DNA of 64,000 nt, from assembly GCA_049317525.1 (NCBI GenBank), contig JBMOIC010000002.1, positions 67,912 to 131,911 on the forward strand, given 5' to 3'. Below the pieces are notes generated by a model that saw nothing but the letters and a program-made list of their open reading frames with translations, made no database searches and was not told the origin of the DNA. The DNA is from Bacteroidota bacterium. Lineage in GTDB: Bacteria; Bacteroidota; Ignavibacteria; Kapaibacteriales; UBA961. This document shows, piece after piece, positions 31,177 through 39,809 of this stretch (its first letter is position 1; every line of letters begins with the position of its first letter). Made by a program: the position numbers and the translations under genes.

Positions 31177-31851
31177 TTATTCTTCATGTTTATTATTTGG
31201 AAGAAAGGGTATAAATGAAAGAAGAAAATTAACAGATTGTTCAAGATCATGAAAAGAACCATTATTATCAATAATAAAGTCTGCTTTATTGATAAGCTCT
31301 TGATCATCAATTTGATGCTTCATTCTTCTTAGAATATCTTGTTCTGATAAATGACTTCTTTCTTGAACTCTGGCAACTTTATTTTTTTGATCTGCTACAA
31401 TGCCAACAATATAATCAAAACCATATTCTAAACCAGCCTCATACAAAAGTGCCATATCAATACAAATCATCTCAGCTCCTTGCTCGGCTGCTTTTAAAGC
31501 ATCATTGAATAGTCTTTCTAACAAGGGTGGATGAACAATTTCATTTAGTTCTTTTAAAAGATGGGTATTTCCTTCTGCAAATACAATAGAAGCAATAAAA
31601 GAAAAATCAATTTCACCATTTTCTACAATTGATTCTTTACCAAAAGTTGAAAGTAATTTAGATTGAATGTCTGTATTCTGCTGCATAATCTCTTTTGCAA
31701 GATTATCAGCATGTAATACAATATGTCCAGCTTTTGCAAACAAAGTACCTACAGTGCTTTTACCAGATCCAATCCCACCAGTAATCCCTATCAATAAAGG
31801 TTCGGAATTCTCTTCGGTTAAGTCATTTTCATCTATTATTGTGTCTATCAT
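31177..31851 (-). CDS. coaE: dephospho-CoA kinase
   Basis: The N-terminal P-loop IGITGGIGSGKSTV is present and the ~200-aa length fits. Confidence 0.85.
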   Translation of the reverse strand: MIDTIIDENDLTEENSEPLLIGITGGIGSGKSTVGTLFAKAGHIVLHADNLAKEIMQQNTDIQSKLLSTFGKESIVENGEIDFSFIASIVFAEGNTHLLKELNEIVHPPLLERLFNDALKAAEQGAEMICIDMALLYEAGLEYGFDYIVGIVADQKNKVARVQERSHLSEQDILRRMKHQIDDQELINKADFIIDNNGSFHDLEQSVNFLLSFIPFLPNNKHEE

Positions 31852-31917
31852 ATACGATGGAATTGATTTCTAGTAAGAAATATTTCTTTACTATTTATCT
31901 GATTATCATTTCTCACA

Positions 31918-31955
31918 TTGGTAAATCTACGAAATTTCGCTAATTTTGTTTACAT
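31918..31955 (+). promoter_or_regulatory. putative Bacteroidetes-type promoter for the E2 gene (TTG at 31918-31920, TAnnTTTG -7 element taattttg at 31941-31948)
   Basis: There is an exact TAnnTTTG match with a TTG ~20 nt upstream. An SD-like aaggag lies 8 nt before the ATG at 32005. Confidence 0.25.
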
Positions 31956-32004
31956 GTTATTAATGTGATTCTATTTGATAAATACCGTGTAAGGAGTACA
32001 TTAG

Positions 32005-33750
32005 ATGAAAGTTGACGTCGTGATGCCAAAAATGGGCGAATCCATTCAGGAAGGCAAAATTTTGCGTTGGTTAAAAAAACCAGGCGATAATGTTGAGCGC
32101 GACGAAATAATTTTGGAAATATCCACCGATAAAGTAGATACGGAAGTTCCATCTCCAACGGCTGGTATTCTAATTGCACTTTTAGCTCAGGAAAACGATA
32201 CAGTAGAAGTTGGTTCTGTGATTGCTCAATTAGAAACTGAATCTTCAGCTGCTATTGTCCATTCAACTCCTGCTTCAGTTATAGAGAAGCCTATAGTTCC
32301 AGAACCTTCAAAAGTAGATGAAAAACCTATTATTGAAATTTCTGTACCTACTCCAAGCATGATTCCTTTAAATAACTCAGGAAATGTTACTGAAGTTGTG
32401 ATGCCAAAAATGGGTGAATCTATTCAGGAAGGAAAAGTATTACGTTGGTTAAAAAAGCCAGGTGATACTATTGAAAGAGATGAGATTTTATTAGAAATAT
32501 CAACTGATAAAGTTGATACTGAGGTACCATCTCCAGTTGCCGGCACTTTATCAGAGTTAAAAGCTCAAGAAGGTGATACTGTAGAAGTTGGAACAGTGAT
32601 TGCGCTCATTTCTTCTGGCAAAGTTACTGTGAGCAATCAATCCAATCCTATAGTTGCAGTTGCAGTACCTGTTCAAGCACCAATCATAGCACATCAATCA
32701 CCAATCGTTCATGCTGTAGAAGTGCCTACACCTATAGTTGATATACCTAGACAAAGTGGCTCTCGATTTTATTCTCCATTAGTTCGTTCAATTGCAGAAG
32801 TAGAAAAAGTAAGTCTGCAGGAATTAGAATTAATTAAAGGAAGTGGACTTGAAGGCAGAGTTACTAAAGCTGATATTTTACTGCATATTGCCAATAGATC
32901 TTCTGGAACTTCAGTTATTCAAAACACTGTAGTTGTTCCACCTGCTCCAATGCCTATTGCAACTACTATACAGCAAAGTGCTCCCGTTCCTGCTAAGATA
33001 TCAGCACCAGTTCAAGTATCTGGTAAGAATTGGGGTAATGATGTTGAAATCATTCCTATGGATAGAGTCAGACAGATCATCGCTGATCATATGATAAAAT
33101 CGAAACAAACATCTCCACATGTTACAAGTGTAGGAGAAGCTGATATCACTCAATTAGTTCATTTTAGAGAAAAAAATAAATCTGCCTTTGAAAAGAGTGA
33201 AGGATTCAAATTAACATTAACTCCATTTTTTGTAAAAGCAATTGTGGATGCGGTTAAAAAGTATCCTCTTATTAATGTAAGCGTTGATGGCACCAATATT
33301 ATTCGTCATAAAAAAGTAAATCTTAGCTTTGCTACAATATTACCTGATGGGAATTTAATTGTTCCTGTAATAAAAGGTTCTGATACCATGAATCTTTCTG
33401 GTATTTCTCGTTCGATTAATGATTTAGCACAAAGAGCTCGTACTAAAAAATTATCACCTGATGAGATTACTGGTGGAACGATTTCTATGACAAATATGGG
33501 TGCATGGGGCTCCTTATTCGGTACTCCAGTAATTAATCAACCACAAACCGCTATCATCGGTATATATGCGGTTCAAAAGCGTCCTGTTGTGGTAGAAGTT
33601 AATGGAGAAGACATGATAGCTATACGTCATATGTTATATATATCAATTACATATGATCATAGAGTGATAGATGGCGTATTGGCATCCTCTTGTTTAAAAG
33701 AGATTTGCCAAGGTTTAAATAAAATGAATGCGTCTACAATAGATTTATAA
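32005..33750 (+). CDS. 2-oxo-acid dehydrogenase E2 component (dihydrolipoamide acyltransferase) with two N-terminal lipoyl domains
   Basis: Two near-identical lipoyl domains are present (…EISTDKVDTEVPSP…), lipoyl-lysine in the TDKV motif. There is a peripheral subunit-binding domain, and the catalytic C-terminus carries DHRVIDG. No E1 or E3 gene is adjacent. Confidence 0.85.
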   Translation: MKVDVVMPKMGESIQEGKILRWLKKPGDNVERDEIILEISTDKVDTEVPSPTAGILIALLAQENDTVEVGSVIAQLETESSAAIVHSTPASVIEKPIVPEPSKVDEKPIIEISVPTPSMIPLNNSGNVTEVVMPKMGESIQEGKVLRWLKKPGDTIERDEILLEISTDKVDTEVPSPVAGTLSELKAQEGDTVEVGTVIALISSGKVTVSNQSNPIVAVAVPVQAPIIAHQSPIVHAVEVPTPIVDIPRQSGSRFYSPLVRSIAEVEKVSLQELELIKGSGLEGRVTKADILLHIANRSSGTSVIQNTVVVPPAPMPIATTIQQSAPVPAKISAPVQVSGKNWGNDVEIIPMDRVRQIIADHMIKSKQTSPHVTSVGEADITQLVHFREKNKSAFEKSEGFKLTLTPFFVKAIVDAVKKYPLINVSVDGTNIIRHKKVNLSFATILPDGNLIVPVIKGSDTMNLSGISRSINDLAQRARTKKLSPDEITGGTISMTNMGAWGSLFGTPVINQPQTAIIGIYAVQKRPVVVEVNGEDMIAIRHMLYISITYDHRVIDGVLASSCLKEICQGLNKMNASTIDL

Positions 33751-33757
33751 ATAATAT

Positions 33758-33789
33758 AAAGGCTCTCTTTTTTGATAAAGAGAGCCTTT
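33758..33789 (+). terminator. intrinsic terminator-like hairpin after the E2 gene
   Basis: Perfect 13-bp stem aaaggctctcttt / aaagagagccttt with a 6-nt loop, then a T-rich tail. It may work in both directions. Confidence 0.55.
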
Positions 33790-33798
33790 CTTATGTAT

Positions 33799-34140
33799 AT
33801 GAAAACAATAAAACACATACATATTATAATCCTTTCTGTGATTATGGTATTATCTCAAGTGTCTGCAATAATGCATACACATGAATTTGTTTTATGTAAT
33901 ACAAAAATCGAAAAGATACACATATATGGTATCGAATATGCTCATGATTCAGCTAGTGTATCAAATCATGTACATTGTGCTTTATGTGATATTTCATATA
34001 GTCCTGGTTTTTTGACAATTCATAAAAATCAAACGATTTTAGAATTTTCCTTTGTACAATATCCACATATTTCCCCTTCTCAATTCTACTCTTTTTGTAA
34101 CTTACAAAAACAATCTAGGGCACCCCCTTATACTGCTTAA
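33799..34140 (+). CDS. small secreted His/Cys-rich protein, hypothetical (possible metal-binding partner of the downstream TonB-dependent receptor)
   Basis: The ORF track starts at 33772, inside the terminator hairpin. An internal Met at 33799 gives a signal peptide (MKTIKHIHIIILSVIMVLSQVSA). The mature part is rich in His plus a CALCD pair (HTHE, NHVHCALCD). Confidence 0.4.
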   Translation: MKTIKHIHIIILSVIMVLSQVSAIMHTHEFVLCNTKIEKIHIYGIEYAHDSASVSNHVHCALCDISYSPGFLTIHKNQTILEFSFVQYPHISPSQFYSFCNLQKQSRAPPYTA

Positions 34141-34188
34141 TTAATAGTTTAATTATTCATTAAGTAGTATACATTATTAGAGTTAAAG

Positions 34189-36564
34189 ATGTTATCACGT
34201 GCATATATATGCTTGTGGGTAATCTTATTTCTATGTTTTGCTAGTGATATTTGTGCTCAGAATATGAGAACAATATCAATTGTAACTCAAGTAGAAAAAG
34301 GATCAGCTAACAAAGCATTATCTCAGGTATCTGTGTTTATTGGTACTAAAGGTATAAGAACTGATATAAACGGATTAGGTTGGATGACTGTATCTAAAAC
34401 ATCCACATATTCACTTAAGGCAAGTTATCCAGGTTATGTTTTCGTTCAAGATACTTTATTACCAGGTGATGATACAACCATAACAATTGTTTTAAAAGAA
34501 ATTAAACTTTATCAGACCAATAAGATCACTGTAAATGCAGATAGAAATACTGTATATGGAACAGCAACACAACAGATTAAAGTAATTTCCTCTAAAGAAT
34601 TAGATGAACATAGAGGGCAAACCCTAGGTGAAAGTTTAAATGGACAACTTGGTATAACAACTATTCAAACTGGGTCTTCTATATCGAAGCCGGTATTAAG
34701 AGGTTTACATAGCCAAAGACTTTTAATATCCAATGCTGGAATTGCTCAAGAAGGTCAACAGTGGGGTGCTGAACATGCTCCTGAGATTGATATACTATCA
34801 ATAGGTTCTATACAGATTCTTAAAGGAGCAGCAGGAGTAGAATATGGCCCTGGAGCAATGGGCGGAATGATAAAAGTAGATCCTCCTGCTATGATGGATA
34901 CTGCTGGGTTAAGGGGTATTATTAGTTCTAATTTGATGTCCAATAATCGACAAGGCTCTTTGTCGGGCTCAATAGATGGAGCAACTACTTTATTTAATGG
35001 AGTATTATCATTAAAAGTTCAAGGAAGTGTTCGAAAAGCAGGTGATATGGAAGCTGCTTCTTATGTATTAGGTAATACTGCATTTACAGAAAAGAATGCT
35101 TTTATTTCTACATCATATACTCATGATAATGGAATAATTATTAAGAGTAGATTTTCGACTTTTACTTCTGAATTAGGAATTTTCAAGGGAAGCCATATTT
35201 CTAATGTAAGTGATTTATTGCTTGCTATAGAAAGAGGAAAACCATTAAAAGAATATGATTTTTCATATGCTATTGCTAATCCCAAACAAAATATTGCCCA
35301 TGATTTATGGGCAAATTCTATGTCAATTCCTTTGTCTGAAAATATAAATGCAGAAATAATTCATGGCTGGCAATTTAATGACAGAAAAGAATTTGATGCT
35401 CATAATTTGCGTATTCCTAAAGATTCAGTTAATGCATTAAACTCAGCATTAGCTATACCGGCTATGAAGCTTCAATTAGTAACGCAATCACTAGATATCA
35501 AATTCAAGATACAACAACCAATTGATCATATTACTTCTACATTTGGATGTTCTATTCAGGATCAACATAATGTACGGTCAGGAAAAGTATTATTAATCCC
35601 TGATTATACATCAGTAAATATTGGCTCTTATCTATTAGCAAATTATATAGATAAATCTATGATTTACAATGTAGGAATTCGATATGATAAGAAGAATATT
35701 GACGTTCCAGCATTAAGTACCCCAACAAGAAAAATTCAGGATACATCACTTTTATTTGATGGTTTTTCTGGTGCTGCTGGTGCTTTATGGCAATATGACA
35801 CAAATATACAATGCACGATAAATATTGGAACTGCTTGGAGAGCACCACAAATAAATGAATTGTTCAGCAATGATATACATCATGGAACTGCGCAATTTGA
35901 GATTGGAGATATTAGTCTTAAAAAAGAGCAATCCTTCAGCATCGATATCAATACTATCTATAATGAACCAGATTTTCATGCTGAATGTAGTATATATTCA
36001 ATGTGGTTTGATAATTATATTGTAATGTTACCAGACAAAGAATTTCCAACAGTAACTGTTAGAGGTACCTTTCCAACTTTTAGATATACTCAAACAAAAG
36101 CTATTATCTATGGTTTAGAATTAATGGCAGAGTATCATATGAATGATTGGTCCAAAGTTACAGTTCAGACTACAATTACAAAGGGTGATGATAAAACAAA
36201 TAATTCACCATTGTTCCAAATACCAGCTAATAGATATCAGGCCAATATTCATGTACATAAGCAAGATTTTCTTTCTGTTTTTCATGATGCTTTTGCTGAA
36301 TTTGCTTGTTTATTCGTAAGCACACAAGATAGATTTGCACCTAATTTAGATTATGCAAATCCACCATTGGGATATCAACTATATCATATCTCTTTTGGTG
36401 CTACAATACATACAGGATATGATAAGTATATTTCATGCACAATGAGTGCAAATAATATATTCAATTCTGATTATAGGGATTATCTCTCCAGATATCGATA
36501 TTTCTCTGCTGATCAAGGTTTTAATCTAACATTTCGATGTTCTTATTCATTTTCACTATTATAA
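34189..36564 (+). CDS. TonB-dependent outer-membrane receptor with an N-terminal carboxypeptidase-regulatory-like domain
   Basis: Signal peptide, a CarbopepD_reg-like β-sandwich, a plug domain (…GESLNGQLGITTIQTG…RGLHSQR…) and a 22-strand-barrel-length C-terminus that ends in an aromatic-rich β-strand. Confidence 0.85.
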   Translation: MLSRAYICLWVILFLCFASDICAQNMRTISIVTQVEKGSANKALSQVSVFIGTKGIRTDINGLGWMTVSKTSTYSLKASYPGYVFVQDTLLPGDDTTITIVLKEIKLYQTNKITVNADRNTVYGTATQQIKVISSKELDEHRGQTLGESLNGQLGITTIQTGSSISKPVLRGLHSQRLLISNAGIAQEGQQWGAEHAPEIDILSIGSIQILKGAAGVEYGPGAMGGMIKVDPPAMMDTAGLRGIISSNLMSNNRQGSLSGSIDGATTLFNGVLSLKVQGSVRKAGDMEAASYVLGNTAFTEKNAFISTSYTHDNGIIIKSRFSTFTSELGIFKGSHISNVSDLLLAIERGKPLKEYDFSYAIANPKQNIAHDLWANSMSIPLSENINAEIIHGWQFNDRKEFDAHNLRIPKDSVNALNSALAIPAMKLQLVTQSLDIKFKIQQPIDHITSTFGCSIQDQHNVRSGKVLLIPDYTSVNIGSYLLANYIDKSMIYNVGIRYDKKNIDVPALSTPTRKIQDTSLLFDGFSGAAGALWQYDTNIQCTINIGTAWRAPQINELFSNDIHHGTAQFEIGDISLKKEQSFSIDINTIYNEPDFHAECSIYSMWFDNYIVMLPDKEFPTVTVRGTFPTFRYTQTKAIIYGLELMAEYHMNDWSKVTVQTTITKGDDKTNNSPLFQIPANRYQANIHVHKQDFLSVFHDAFAEFACLFVSTQDRFAPNLDYANPPLGYQLYHISFGATIHTGYDKYISCTMSANNIFNSDYRDYLSRYRYFSADQGFNLTFRCSYSFSLL

Positions 36565-36579
36565 AAAAAGGATACAATT

Positions 36580-37143
36580 ATGAAATATCTTAGAATGAGC
36601 ATATATATATTCTCACTATGTTTAGTACAGTTTTTATTTTCATCTTGCAAAGAGACAGATCCTGTTAAACCACCAGTTAATGAGCATGATTATGCTACTG
36701 ATGTAATTATTACATTAGTGAATGAAAGTGACACTATAATTTCGACTTGGAGTGATTTAGATGGTCCTGGAGGTAATAATCCTACTATATCTGATACTTT
36801 ACGATTAGCAAAAGGAAAAAAATATAATGGATCTATCACATTGTATAATAAATCCAAAAATCCGATAGAAAATATTACCGATGAAATTATTGAATTAGCA
36901 GATGAGCATCAGTTCTTTTATACACCATCGTCAACAATAAATTCACTTATTGTTTCAATTTTAGATAAAGATTCTAAAAATTTACCAATAGGTTTATTAT
37001 TTACAATAGATTCACCTATATCAAATCAAGGTATTGGTTTGTTAAATGTTGTATTATCACATTATGATGATTCGCCCAAAGATGGAATTAACAGAAGCGC
37101 AGAAACTGATATAGAAATAGACTTTCCAATATCTTTACGATAA
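36580..37143 (+). CDS. hypothetical lipoprotein downstream of the TonB-dependent receptor
   Basis: Lipobox FSSCKE and 187 aa. It is 15 nt after the receptor gene. Confidence 0.5.
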   Translation: MKYLRMSIYIFSLCLVQFLFSSCKETDPVKPPVNEHDYATDVIITLVNESDTIISTWSDLDGPGGNNPTISDTLRLAKGKKYNGSITLYNKSKNPIENITDEIIELADEHQFFYTPSSTINSLIVSILDKDSKNLPIGLLFTIDSPISNQGIGLLNVVLSHYDDSPKDGINRSAETDIEIDFPISLR

Positions 37144-37236
37144 GAATTTATAGTTATACGCATATACATTTATGAGAAAGTCGATATCTGGAGAGATAAT
37201 CTACATTGTAAGTTTCATATAATGTCAAATAAAGAA

Positions 37237-37274
37237 GTTAACTGTAGATATGCTAAGTGATATGTACAGTTAAC
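37237..37274. promoter_or_regulatory. perfect 10-bp inverted repeat gttaactgta…tacagttaac with an 18-nt spacer
   Basis: Read directly from the sequence. It lies ~95 nt after the lipoprotein stop and ~70 nt before the TPR gene start. A T-rich stretch follows it, so it could be a terminator or an operator. Confidence 0.3.
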
Positions 37275-37345
37275 TACTTTTCTTTGGTAAATTCACATCG
37301 TACTCGTAACATTGCAACAATAATAACCCTTTATTATCCTTAAAA

Positions 37346-38767
37346 ATGAGCGATCCAAATTTTGAACAAGAAGGCTTCATGCACGATCCTGATGCATCTA
37401 TATTAAAAGATGCATTAGAGAAGAGCAGAAAAGTATTAGAATCTGGAATTGGTTCATTGCCTCCCGCTGATATTTTAGAAGCTTTAGTACATTATTGTAT
37501 AGAAACTGGCCATAATAAAGATGCATTATTGATTGCAGATGCTTTATTGTCATATGAGCCATTTTCTGCAGATGCATGGCATGCTAAAAGTGTTGCAGAA
37601 GCAAATAATGAAAATTATGTTGCAGCTAAACAATCTATTATTAAAGCGCTTTCATTAAATCCTTCAGATGCATCTATTCAAATCACTCATGCTATGTTAG
37701 CAAATCAGCTTGGTGATTCTGAACAAGCATTACATATATATACTTCACTTTTAAAGGTATATCCTGGCAACGATGAAGTATTTTATGGTATGGCGCAATT
37801 ACATGAAAAAGCAGGAAGATATCATGAAGCAATTAAGATTTTAAAGTTTCTTTTAAATAGTGAAGATTTTAAGAAAAATGCATTAAGCGATTTAGGATAT
37901 TGTTATGATTGTTTGCTTGATTATACTCATTCACTGTTTTATTATGAAGAATATCTTAAAATAGAACCCTTTGATAATACAGCATGGTTTAACAAAGCAG
38001 TAGTTCTATGTCATTTGGAACGCTTTAATGAAGCTGTTGAAAGTTATGATTATGCATTGGCAATAAAAGAGGATTTTGCAGGAGCATGGTATAATCGGGG
38101 TAATGCATTAGGTTCTATAGGTAAGATATCCGAAGCAATTGAATCTTATCAACAATCTTTATTATATGAACCAGAAGATAGCTCTACTTGGCATAATTTA
38201 GCAAGTTCTTTAGAAGAAACTGGTGAGTTTAACGATGCTATCCATGCTTTTACAATGGCATTATATCATGATGAGAACCATTGTGAATCGTATTATGGTA
38301 GAGGTTCTTGTTATGATGCATTAGAACAATATACAGAAGCCCTTAAAGATTATGATAAAGCACTAGAGTTGTTTAGTGAATATACTGATGTATGGTATGC
38401 AAAAGCTGATGTTTTATTTAATATTCAAGATTTAGATGGAAGCTTGAATTGCTATCAAATTGCATTAAAGTTGAATCCAGAAGATAATGAATGTAGACTA
38501 GATTATGGATTAACATTAGCTGAATCAAAGCAATTTGAAAAAGCAGAAGAACAGTTTTTATATCTTATTCATCATAATGCAGAATGGTATGCAGCATATT
38601 ATGAATTGGCTAAGATTAAACATATTCAGCATAATGAAATTGAAGCTAAAGAATTACTTAAAAAGGCAATTTCATTAGAAAAAACAAAAGTTGAAGAAAT
38701 GCAATCAGATTTCTTTCTTTATTGTAAAAACAATCAATTAATTGATTTATTCTCACAAATTATATAG
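37346..38767 (+). CDS. cytoplasmic TPR-repeat protein
   Basis: No signal peptide. It is acidic, with ~10 TPR motifs (W-x2-LG-x2-Y patterns such as AWYNRGNALGSIGKISEAIESY). Confidence 0.7.
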   Translation: MSDPNFEQEGFMHDPDASILKDALEKSRKVLESGIGSLPPADILEALVHYCIETGHNKDALLIADALLSYEPFSADAWHAKSVAEANNENYVAAKQSIIKALSLNPSDASIQITHAMLANQLGDSEQALHIYTSLLKVYPGNDEVFYGMAQLHEKAGRYHEAIKILKFLLNSEDFKKNALSDLGYCYDCLLDYTHSLFYYEEYLKIEPFDNTAWFNKAVVLCHLERFNEAVESYDYALAIKEDFAGAWYNRGNALGSIGKISEAIESYQQSLLYEPEDSSTWHNLASSLEETGEFNDAIHAFTMALYHDENHCESYYGRGSCYDALEQYTEALKDYDKALELFSEYTDVWYAKADVLFNIQDLDGSLNCYQIALKLNPEDNECRLDYGLTLAESKQFEKAEEQFLYLIHHNAEWYAAYYELAKIKHIQHNEIEAKELLKKAISLEKTKVEEMQSDFFLYCKNNQLIDLFSQII

Positions 38768-38781
38768 CACCATTGGAGTAG

Positions 38782-39720
<939 letters not shown>

Positions 39721-39740
39721 TGATAAATAAACATAAGAAT

Positions 39741-39780
39741 ACCGGGCTTACTTTACGATAAAGTACCCGGTTTTCTTTAT
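39741..39780 (+). terminator. Rho-independent terminator after mdh
   Basis: Hairpin accgggcttacttta-cga-taaagtacccggt followed by ttttcttt. Confidence 0.6.
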
Positions 39781-39809
39781 ATATATAGACTTTTAATTAT
39801 ATACTAGAT

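Noticed and set aside
31667-32179. ORFs 31667..31873 (+) and 31940..32179 (-) around the coaE/E2 intergenic region
   Set aside because: They overlap the coaE and E2 coding sequences or the promoter region on the wrong strand. E2 has an SD and promoter-like element on its own strand.
33772-33798. First 27 nt of the track ORF 33772..34140
   Set aside because: This start would lie inside the strong terminator hairpin 33758-33789. The Met at 33799 yields a cleaner signal peptide, so the shorter start was preferred.
34755-35979. Three minus-strand ORFs inside the TonB-dependent receptor gene
   Set aside because: Antisense to a receptor with clear plug and barrel motifs.
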